Below, one piece after another: positions 11,001 to 20,798 of a stretch of 64,000 nt of DNA. The stretch is taken from positions 124,001 to 188,000 of the forward strand of contig QPGO01000136.1 in assembly GCA_008632985.1 (NCBI GenBank), given 5' to 3'. The translations under genes were made by a program, and so were the position numbers. Position 1 is the stretch's first letter. Each line of letters begins with the position of its first letter. This DNA is from Psammoneis japonica (lineage: Eukaryota). Below the pieces are notes generated by a model. It did not search any database. It saw nothing but the letters and a program-made list of their open reading frames with translations, and was not told where the DNA came from.

Positions 11001-13760
11001 TGTGGAACACGAATTCTCTGCCCGGGTGGGCCGATTCATCAAGTCTCATTCGGCAACTAGACCACTGGATGGACATCCGGCCTTTTCCTCGGCATTTCCA
11101 GCTCCAAGCACAGTGTGCCCATGAAAAGAAGAGCCTTTTTATCAAGCCCTGTTCGCAATGTGGGATGAACAAGAAGCGCAGCATGTCGCCCCGTCCAGGT
11201 TCATGAGCTCCTGCGGTTGCTGGGCTTCTCAGAAGAGTCGATTGGGCCATTGCTGCTTTTGCCGGAGCAAATTCTCTTGCAAGGATTGCAGAGCACACCG
11301 GCAATCGCAGCAATTGCCCATGTGGCAGTGGCATTGTTTCATGCGGAGGCACCGTCACAACACACAGTTCCGGTCGACCCGGTGCACCCCGACACCGCCC
11401 GGTCTCCCCCGCGGGTGCCCTCGTCAGCGGCCGTTCCGTTCGACACAGTGGCAACCTTGCCTCTCCCGTTGGACAAACAATGGCGAGAAGCAACTGCAGC
11501 CGACCATGATCTAGCAGCTCTCCTGAAGGCAGCAAGGTCCAAGACAACACTGTCCAAACACAACTTTTTAGACAAGGCACACCATGCGGCCTGCTCCAAT
11601 GACCAACTGGAGGCAGACCAAGGCTTGGCATGCTGCTTTGAGTGCTCCAGGTCAGCTTGGGCACGGCAGCTTAGAGCATGAGTGGTGCGGCCCTCCCTGC
11701 GATGAGTGATCATCGCAGCGTGCCATGTGCACCCTTTTGCCGGTCACAGTGGAATCACCAGGACGCTCTGCCGCTTGCAAACCCGATTCTGGTGGCAGGG
11801 TGTGTTGCGCGACTTACACGAAGGCACATTCGCTGTCATGTGATGAACCGTGGTCGGTGGTCTTCTTAGATTTTTGGTCTCCCGGCCAAATGCCATCAAC
11901 GACAGGAGATGTCAAAGTCCTGACATGCTTGGATGGTGTGGCAAGCTTTGCCCTCGCCAATTTTTTCCAAGAGATTATTTCGGCGGAAGCTGCAGCACAT
12001 GCAGTGGCAGCCAAGTTCTTTGGTGTTGCAGGGTTGCCACGCCTCATCACAGTGGATGCAGATTCGCTCTTCATGGGTGTGTTTGTCCAGCTCTTCGAGA
12101 TCATTCGGGCCCCAGTGTTGCCGGCATCTCGCGAAAATCACCGAGCGGCACGAAATGAGCGGTTCCACCGACATTCAAATGAGGTGGCATGCATCAACAC
12201 AGCAGACATGCCATCCATGATGTTGTGGAAGCAAGCTGCACATTTTGCCTTGCATGCCTGGAACGCCTCACCGATTGACACCACTGACCTGCCCAGATCA
12301 TCAGTGGCTGTGGGACGTGAATTCCCATTTCCTCTCAACACAACGGCGCGGCCGGTGCATGACTCGGCATCCATGCCAAACCAAGCATTGGATCATTTTG
12401 AATCGATGGCACCACTCCTCTTCAAACAGAGGACACTTCTCAACATTTTAAATGAAGAACGACGGGCGAGACACATCGAATTGTGCAATGAGGGCATCAA
12501 ACAGCGGAGCTTCGCCCCAGGGGACATTGTCATCATCCGGAAGCAAGTCAAATCGGATCGAGCACGTGGCATTTCGGCTGAGCTGCTGTTTCGAGCACGA
12601 GGCCCACACACAGAGACACAGAGGAGCAGGTCGTGGATGACCCGGATGGCGAATCTGACGACGAGCTTCCCAGCGACAATGAAACCACTCCCCCATTGCT
12701 CTCTCGTGCAGTGCACCCATCAACTGCTGGGTTCTTCCGCAAACTGCACAAGCTGATGGCCGATTTGATGACCAAGGTGTTCTTCGTAGCATGTCAACCT
12801 CAAGAAGCCACGCTGCCGGTCCTGCGGATCGCGCAGGTGTGTTGGCCAGAATCCAATCCGCACCACGCGACGAGTCATGGTGTGTGTGCCATTCGGTGGT
12901 GGTGCCAGCACTTCCAAGATGCACACACCAAAGCCATGGTGGACAGTCGATTCTGGCCGAATGCGGTCAAGCAACGGGCAGACGAACCGACCGCCAGAGC
13001 ATGTGCCGGTCGACGCGTTCCAACCCCAGGTGGGACTCCGTGTGACATTGGGCCCACAGAATTCTGCATGCGAGCTCCGCAGTGCAAGAATTTAATTGAT
13101 GGATGTGTTTGTCTTCAACATCAAATAAATGGCCAAGTTTGTGGTGCAATTGTGCCTCTTGCCACTCGACGTTTTTGCAAATTCGCCTGCCCCACGCGAT
13201 TCTTAAGACATTGTAGAATCGCGCTGTAACAAAAAATGTCAAAAGTTGTTGGACGGATTGCTCAACAAGTGCACCGTAAAATGACACAAAATGTCGAAAA
13301 AATCACGTAGAAATCTACGTGCGCGACATGCGACGAGATTCAAAAAACTGTCGATGTCACAGTTCAGCAGTGCGAGGTCCCACCCAGACCTGGAGCGCGT
13401 CGGTCAACCCCAAAAAGGTGCCACGTGTGATTGCTGATGACAGGTTGACCATCAAGTGGCCAACTGTCACCTTCCCAATTGCAGAGCATTTTGCAGTCGG
13501 CCCGTTCGACTTCTCCGTGGTCAGAGCAACTCACGGTGAAAACAACAAGTCGACCAAGGAACCACACCACATCGCGGAGCCGCGCTGGGCACAACCAGAG
13601 AACAAGGCTCCTCTGTTCAACCTCGACATCTTGGACACACATCGAGTGCCTTCAGACCAGCTCAATTCTCCAGTGCCACAATTTGTGTCAACTTGCCCCC
13701 AGTGCTCAAGACATTCGGTGCAGTCTGAGGCAATTCCATGTCATGCGTTGTCGAGCTGAC
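8017..13760 (+). pseudogene. Gypsy pol (RT, RNase H, extra domain, integrase, C-terminal domain), broken by frameshifts, stops and a MITE
   Basis: RT: SPWGALVVLAAKP, HRRLNQVT, FPVPRCDDA, AFDLDCGCWQV, LPMGFINA, VIVDDALIW. RNase H: RRFYVKTDW, HSFVGE, FTLLADVNS. Integrase: ACHVHPFAGHSG..RFWW, PWSVVFLDFWSPG, LPRLITVDADS, NERFHR. C-terminal: RFWP..VPVNPKKV..VGPFDF. Confidence 0.9.
13012..13401. mobile_element. 390-bp non-autonomous TIR element (MITE) nested in the pol C-terminal region
   Basis: Imperfect TIRs GACGCGTTCCA..GGTGGGAC..TGTGACAT and ATGTCACA..GTCCCACC..TGGAGCGCGTC. 4-bp TSD GGTC (13008-13011 and 13402-13405). Removing it restores the frame PEHVPVNPKKVPRVI. Confidence 0.8.
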
Positions 13761-14242
13761 CTGCATCTTTGTGTCACTTTCCCCACGCATGCATGGGCAA
13801 CTTGCACCCAGCACACAGGGAGCAACTGTCAGTGACAGGCCAATCCTGGCATGCTCGCTCCTCCGGGGTTGCTGTTTTGGGTGCGTCGAGGTCAAGACAT
13901 CGTGACGGCACGAACGGCTCAGCACGGATGCACCGGTTTGATTCCCCCGCCATTGCCGTACGAACTGCAAAGGCCCGAACGATGCAACAGAGGAAAGGAG
14001 CTTTGTCATGACCCTCGGATCGCACGTGGGCTCCCGGGTGAGTCCCGGGCCGCACCAGGTCGGACGAGGAGCGTGTTGGCCTCTGTGCGTTTGAAATCCA
14101 CTCCCAAAGATGAGTCAGTCGTGGGTCCAGTCGTGGGTGCAATTCCATGGAGGAGGACATCCCGGCGCCCATCGCCGCCCCTCTCATAACATCCATCGGA
14201 TATTCGTGCTTTTCTCGACCCCGAGGAGCAAGGCTGTCTTAT

Positions 14243-14257
14243 AAGAAAAAGGAGGGA
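14243..14257 (+). promoter_or_regulatory. Polypurine tract of the LTR element
   Basis: AAGAAAAAGGAGGGA immediately upstream of the 3' LTR start TGTAACG. Confidence 0.85.
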
Positions 14258-14447
14258 TGTAACGACAGCACACCGTGGTCTGTCCATCGTCAGACCGGAG
14301 CGAGACGGAAGTGACGTAGGGCCCTAGCTATAGAGTCCAGGAGGCTGACAACCGTGCCTTGACACCTTCGAACCTGCGGTGTCATGTCACGAGGCTATCC
14401 ACTCACAATTCGGCAACCATCCACATTGACAACATACCCACGTTATA
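14258..14447 (+). repeat. 3' LTR (largely unmutated copy)
   Basis: tgtaacgacagc...cccacgttata. Near-inverted termini TGTAACG/CGTTATA. Retains TpA and CpG. Confidence 0.95.
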
Positions 14448-14545
14448 AGGTTGCAGAGTAGTCTGAAGCAGGGATCTCAAGCCCTCAGAAACAACAGAGT
14501 GACAGATTGACTTTGGGGTCACACAAACCACTGTACTGTAGAACC

Positions 14546-16130
14546 ATGGCAGCTCCGAGATGTCGTCAAGAGGAAATGATGGAAGTGCAGCAGCTCCAAG
14601 AGCAAATGTTGCGGATGACTCTCGAGGAGGTGAATGAATACTATGAGGAGAATCTGCATACCCACGGGACAAACATTGAGCTCAACAAGGCTGATCCGCA
14701 AGGCGACGGCGATCAGTCTCGTGTCCAACCAGAACACGCTCAATTTTATAGAGAAATGTTTGCCACAGGAGGGGACATGAATCACACAGCTGTCCGAAAC
14801 TTTCAGCCATTGAGCCATTTTGCCCAATGCTGCATTTCAGGACAAGTGGAACAAGTGCGAGAAACCCTGGAAAGGAGAGCGGGCAAAGATCAAGACAAGA
14901 CACATGAACCTTCTCCAGAGTTAATTCGCTTGTTGGAGACCCGTGAAACAGCCATGAGGTTGTCTCCCTTGCTCATGATTGTTTCCATGGGCAAGAATTT
15001 GCAGGGGCTGAATGCCAGTAGTCAAGTCCAAGTGGCAGAGCTTCTTCTAGAATACGGAGCACGCCCCGATGCACGTGATGTGTGTGGGAAAACAGTCTGT
15101 CACTATGGAATGGGAGGCATGGCAACGAAAATGACCATGTCTGTGGGAAGCATGTGCATCGAGGCTCACAAGACCAGCCGTTTATTTGGGAAGAAAAGTC
15201 GAGCTACACGGTCTCAAAACGGCCTCCAAAAACGGAGCGCAAGGCTGGTGTAAGGGATACGTGACCAGAACCGGTCGCCGTGCTGTGTATCTTCTCGATT
15301 CTAATGAAACCGTGGGGATCAAACCCGAAAACATAGAGCTTGCGGAAGAAGAAGAAGAAGGCATTGTGGAACCACCAACAGTAGCATCTTCCAAGCTATG
15401 TGACATTCCCGATCGTCTAGGAGCCGTTTGCCTCTTAGAGGTGATTAAGGCCGATCGACGGGATGTGGCTAAGATTCTCTTGAAGCAGCACCATGCCGAT
15501 CTGGATGTGGCTGATTGCGATGGCATATCTCCGAGAAGCATGTCTCTTAACACTGGATTCTTGTCATCAGTTTCTGGCATGGTGAGCAGAGCAGCTGGGA
15601 AAGCTAGCAAGCAGAGTCGCCGTCGATGCGGCAACTGCGGGACAGCAGCTATGACTACCTGCAGTGGCTGCAATCAGGTTTGGTATTGTGGCAAAGCATG
15701 CCAATTGAATCATTGGAAGAAAGGAGGACACAAGCATGCGTGTAAAAAACTAGCCGCGCAATCGAACCAAGCCATCAAATTGGACAGGCCGCAAGATGAT
15801 GGTATGTTCATATCGACAATAAGTTTGATGGCAGGCGACCGATTGGAGGCTATTCCGCTGCAATATCGGAAACCTAGTGGTGTTGGTGTGGACGAGAAGT
15901 TCGACGTCAAAGTTCAGGCGGATGGTCCAATGACTCCATTGATGATTTACGACAAGTCTAGAGAATGCAACTTTATAGTGTCTCCGGCAACCAATGGATT
16001 TCAAGAACTCTTAGCAGCTGCTCAGGCAGAACCCGCCTGGCAGGGCCGAAAGACATTTGTTGCAGCTTCATTCGATGCGGATGGAAACTGCCATGTGTAC
16101 CCTGGAACAACGAGCATTCATAAATGGTAG
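14546..16130 (+). CDS. Ankyrin-repeat and MYND zinc-finger protein (frameshift near 15190)
   Basis: Ankyrin-like VAELLLEYGARPDARDVCGKTVCHY and VAKILLKQHHADLDVADCDG. MYND CGNCG...CSGCNQVWYCGKACQLNHWKKGGHKHAC. ORFs 14507-15253 and 15186-16130 overlap in different frames. Confidence 0.85.
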
Positions 16131-16544
16131 AACAATTCCTCAACAAGAATGAAGTTCACGTAGTACCATCATGGAAACTCTTTTGCAAGGAGCCAAAAAA
16201 GACACGTGTTATCCAACAGTAAAGGAGGCCAAATAGTGGCACTTGCTTAGTGGCTTCCGGCGCGATTCCATCGAAAACGAGAAACTCAGTAAAAGAATAA
16301 AACCATCGAACATGGAGGGTTTCTGTGCCTTCGTCAACGTGCCTCCTGCGGGTCTCTGTCTCTAGAGAGTTACTCGAATGTCAAATTGGATGCGGATACT
16401 CTTTTCTGTTCATAACTAAAATATTTAAACTAGAGGAAAGATGGTGCAGAACGCAACATACAGTGACCATTATTTTCTCAATCTCCGCCTTCCGCCTCGT
16501 TGGACCCAACAAGTAATAGTTTTCTGCCAAAACGCCGACTTCAG

Positions 16545-18691
16545 TCAAATGAAGATTACGTCGTCATCCAAACGTTGCGGCTCCTCTCCTGGATTTCCTT
16601 TCCCGGCCTGTGAGGGCAACTCAAGGGCGTTGATAGAGGATGGGTCGACCGGCGAGTAGTCAGGAGAACGCGTGTGGATGCACACCCGTTTAGCGTCCCC
16701 ATCTTGTTCTTCTACAGCAATGGAAGAGGCGGGACCTGAGATAGAACCTTGACCTGATGATTCGGATACACTGCTTGTAGACGAGTCGGAGGCATGGTCC
16801 GTTTCGAAGTATTTCCGCTTTTTCCCCGGAGTCGACGCCTTGCTCGGAGAACTGCTTTCGCGCTGTAAGAGTTTGGACGGAGCACGTCCAGAAGCTGCGG
16901 CGACAGTAATATGTGAAGTCGCAGACACTTCGATGTGTTTTTCATGACTGTTGTTCACACTGGTCGCTTGGAATTGAGTCTCACCACAATCAACGGAGGT
17001 TCTGGTAGGCACCCCTGCCGTTGGCGATGTTGCGTTGTTTCTGACAACGGTGACGTCGGTACCCACTTCCGTGCTCGGGGCCGTCTTGTCTACAGCAGAA
17101 GAGCGGGCTGCCGCCTCACAAACACCAGAGTTTTTGGTTGCTGTGACTGGTGGTGGTGGTCCGTTGTGTGTGGTAGAATTGACACTGGCCCCATTTACAG
17201 TAGTCACCGCCGCTTTTTCACGAAATTGAATAGTCAGTGGTAGCAGCACCTCTTCACTTCCTTTGTCGTAGAGCGTGTCACGCATGGTGCGGTCGGGTTT
17301 ATTAGTGTCAGAACTGCCGCAACACCGTTTCACAGGGTCAGCGGTATCTTGGACTGGATGAGATTCGACGTTGCGACGTTCTGTGTGTTTAGACGGAAAT
17401 TCAGCCTCGCCCCGGAATGTTTCATCCACGATTTCGTCGTTCAGCTCGATGGATTGTCTTGGATTGAGCCCTTCCTTAGTCACATCTTCCGTTGGCTCAT
17501 CGGGAGAGGAAGTGCCGGGTGCGCGGGATGAGATGTCGAAATCGCGTTGCATACGAGTCGTTTCAGAACTGCCGCAACATCGTTTGACAGGGTTAGTAGT
17601 ATCTTGCGCAGGATGAGATGATTCGACGGTGCAACGTTTTGTATGTTTAGACGGAACTTCAGCCTCCCCCCGGAATGCTTCATCCTCGATTTCGTCGTTG
17701 GGCTCGATGGATTCTCTTGGATTGAGCCCTTCAGTAGTCACATCTTCCGTTGGCTCATCGGGAGAGGAAGTGCCTGGTGCGCGGGATGAGTTGTCGAAAT
17801 CGTGTTGCATACGAGTAGCAGATACCGTAGCATCACTCGCCTGACGAACTGTGATCCTTTCATCCGGTTTCAACACAACTTGATTTTCTCCGACATTTTC
17901 ATCCTGGAAAGGGCGAAACGAGGCGAAGACCATCTGTAAAAGGAGAGATATGGCTTTGGCCATCAGCACACAACAGATGACAAACGAGCCCAACTCGAGG
18001 GCTAGACTTGAAGACTCGCTCAGCCAAGATACAATCTACCGGTATGAGTCAACAACAAAAGGCAACTGAGAAAGCGACGCAAAGAAATCCAGAGAATAAG
18101 AGACGGCATCATACTCACGCGTTGGATGCAATGGGCGAAGGGTAGAACAAACGTCATGACTAGACAGAACAAAAGACTTTGTTGGGGCGAAAAATACCAA
18201 AAGTTCATGAACTGAATAGTCAGGAGAAGAGACACGGTAGTTGGGTCTGTCGCGGTGGACAAAGGAAACGGCAAGAATGGAATGCTTGCTCCAAGCAAGA
18301 ACTGTATCTTAGTCAAGACACGGACCCAAACAGCGCGTTCCAAGAGCACCTTGAACATAGCCCCGGCAATCTTTCTGCCAGGGATCATGACATCAAGATA
18401 CTTGTAGAAAACGAAACCGAGCAACCCATAAATTGCTCCAATTGAGGCCACATGGACCGTTTGACGCAAATCATATGATTCGATCCATAGATTGACTTCC
18501 GAATCATATCCATGATCATTCCTGAGGCGACCATCGATGATCGAGATTCCAAGTGGAGAAATCTGAGACAGCACGTCCAAGAGAACGTATGTAACCACAC
18601 TTAACCCGACCAGTACCACAGCAGGGAACTTACTGTCGGGCTGGGTTTTCAGAAACGCGAACACCATGCTTGGTGGAGATCCGGAGTACAC
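16545..18691 (-). CDS. Mpv17/PMP22-like membrane domain followed by a long Ser/Thr-rich disordered tail; exon structure and start uncertain
   Basis: ORF 18020-18691 has YKYLDVMIPG...FKVLLERAVW and IQFMNFWYFS, typical of Mpv17/PMP22. Adjacent ORF 16545-17993 on the same strand is low complexity with an internal duplication. Confidence 0.55.
17304..17816 (-). repeat. In-frame tandem duplication of about 255-258 bp (two copies, about 86 aa each)
   Basis: TRMQHDFDNSSRAPGTSSPDEPTEDVT...PVKRCCGSSET versus TRMQRDFDISSRAPGTSSPDEPTEDVT...PVKRCCGSSDT. Confidence 0.9.
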
Positions 18692-19865
18692 TACGATGCC
18701 GGTAGGACGGTCTTTTGCTGAACCTCTCTCAATTTTTTTGTGCTCTCCTTTTCTGAAAAAGCGTACGATAGCTAGAGCATCCTGTCAAAAATTTTGGGAG
18801 GTAGACTTTCGTGACAATACATCCGTTGAGAGCTTCTCAACATTCAACGGAAGTCTAGAGAGCAAGCGAAAGATGCAAGAATATCTCGTGACTACGGATG
18901 CCAAAGATGATTCACATGTTTGCCGTAGCTCTCAATCAGTAGCTTCGTTTTACTGTACTTCAAGAAAAATGTTCCTCAGCTCACTCTGCAAACACGGAAA
19001 CAAGATAAGACTCGCTCATTTATGTCCTCTCAAAAATTTCAAGGACGACTTTCACAAGAAAGTTTCAGTTGAGAAGATTTGCCGCTTTCAACGGCAGTCT
19101 TACACATACAAGAATCGGGGCCTACACTTTCTCATGCTCCTTTTCGTTTTGTTCAGTCCATTATCAATAAGCGACCCGGTGACAATTCTTATTCTTTTGC
19201 CTGCGTTGAGGGTGTCTTCTGAGGCGAATAAGAGATGACGTGACCGCAGAACCTTCTTCAATCAGCGTGTGTGGTTTCGGCTCGAGCCTTCTTATGTTCG
19301 CTTTCCTTCCGAGCTCCGAGCTTCTGTTTTTCTCTTGCCCTTTGCGATATCGACAAGGTTGCTACCTAGCGTCATCCGCCACTCTTGAACCTAACCGGTT
19401 TCTCGACTCAGCGGCGAATGCACCATTGATGTGAGGATCCGCTCGTGTCGGTGACGAGCGGTCATGGGTCATGGTGTCGTCTTCCGGAAAACATAAAAAC
19501 ATAAATTTTGATCATTAATTAATATTCAGTGCTAAATATAATTTATGATCATAAATTTACGTCTTTATTTTTTCCGGAGCGAACGTCGGCGGAACTTCGA
19601 GTCGTGTGAAGATTTCGCCAGTCGTGTGAAGGTGGCGCCAAGCTTTTATCTGTTGAGTCGTGATCCATTACCACCTCGAGCTTTTCAGAACAGAAACGCA
19701 GAAAAAACTCGTGCGCGAAATTCTGAAAAATCTTTCTTCCGCGTTTTCGTTTTCGTTTTATTGCGTTGGCAGTTGTTGACGTGTTGTATGGCTTTTAGTT
19801 GCAGGTGTTGGTGCATTGTGCGTTCTAGTTCATAGTTGCTGAGAGTTGTCTCTGTTGCTATAAAG

Positions 19866-20491
19866 ATGTTCTGTCGATCAAGACTCGTTGCTGCTACGCT
19901 CACAAAACGTGTGATGCAGAGAGGATCCAGAATAAGCTCGCCGGTGAGAAGCAATCGGTGGTTCAGCTCATCGACTACTACTCCGGAATATCACATTGAA
20001 GTTTCCAACGCTGCTCGCCCTGGAGTCACTCAAATTGTTATAACTGGACCTGGTGTGTTGGGGCTCTTGGCGAGCATGTGCTGCTCGTTAGCAAACATGA
20101 ACGGGTCAATAAAAAGTTTGCACGCGGTGCGTCGGTCACGAAGGAAAATTCCTCTTTTTGTATGTATCGAAATATTCACGTAGTGATCTCTTTTATTTTG
20201 TGCTTATTTTTGTAGGTGGATTCCCGTGCTGAAGATGGGGTAGTCAACAATGCTACTTCGAAAAAAGACAAACCCATTCGAGATATTATAACGGTGGTGG
20301 ATTACGGAACGGGAAAGGCATTCAAAGATGAAGAGTTGCCTGCGGTCGCCGAGGCGGTGTTAAAGTCAACCAAGGCTCCGCTCCAGGTCGTGTCAATTGT
20401 GCAAGAGGAGCTTGGCAAACGAAATTTGGATGACGTTGATTGGAAAGGAAAAGCCACGGTGTTTGCGGAAAAGGACTTTGTTCGGTTGTAA
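19866..20491 (+). CDS. Small ACT-domain-like protein with a probable mitochondrial presequence; intron 20127-20215
   Basis: Arg/Ser-rich N-terminus MFCRSRLVAATLTKR. ACT-like TQIVITGPGVLGLLASMCCSLA..GSIKSLHA|VD..IRDIITVVD. Phase-0 GT..AG intron joins the two ORFs. Confidence 0.6.
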
Positions 20492-20798
20492 CGAGGGACG
20501 CACTTCTGTCGCACTTTTGTATCTGTTAAGTTTTGTATCTGTGGATTGGCAGTGGTACTGCAGTTTTGTTTTCTCTGTTTAGTAATTGACGTATTGATGG
20601 CGAGCTAAGCTAACTCGGTATCTTTACTACATTTTGTTGACCTACGAGTACGAAAGTTTATGTATTATTCAAGAATTGACACAGGGTACTACTGCTTATA
20701 GGTTGAAAAAGTATTTGGCTAAAAGTTGATGGAAATCAGAATTTTAAAATCGTTACACTAAAAGAACAAGAACCGAGGCTGCCGTCCGTATCAATACA

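Larger units (their letters stand above)
4689..14447 (+). mobile_element. Full-length, mutationally inactivated Ty3/Gypsy LTR retrotransposon (about 9.76 kb)
   Basis: Direct LTRs 4689-4867 and 14258-14447, 4-bp TSD AGGT (4685-4688 and 14448-14451), PBS-like TGG right after the 5' LTR, polypurine tract right before the 3' LTR. Domain order gag-PR-RT-RH-INT. Confidence 0.95.

Noticed and set aside
4921..12756. Alternative genetic code or recoding to explain missing Tyr and in-frame TGA codons
   Set aside because: Host genes use TAY for conserved Tyr normally. The TGA stops (7990, 9141, about 11679, about 11703) fit CGA->TGA decay, and the non-coding LTRs show the same changes.
1..14200. Dense overlapping Cys/His-rich ORFs in all six frames (also in 35370-39560, 41800-43360, 54660-56940)
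   Set aside because: Loss of TpA removes TAA and TAG stops on both strands, so long spurious ORFs are expected. They are not evidence of overlapping genes or metal-binding proteins.
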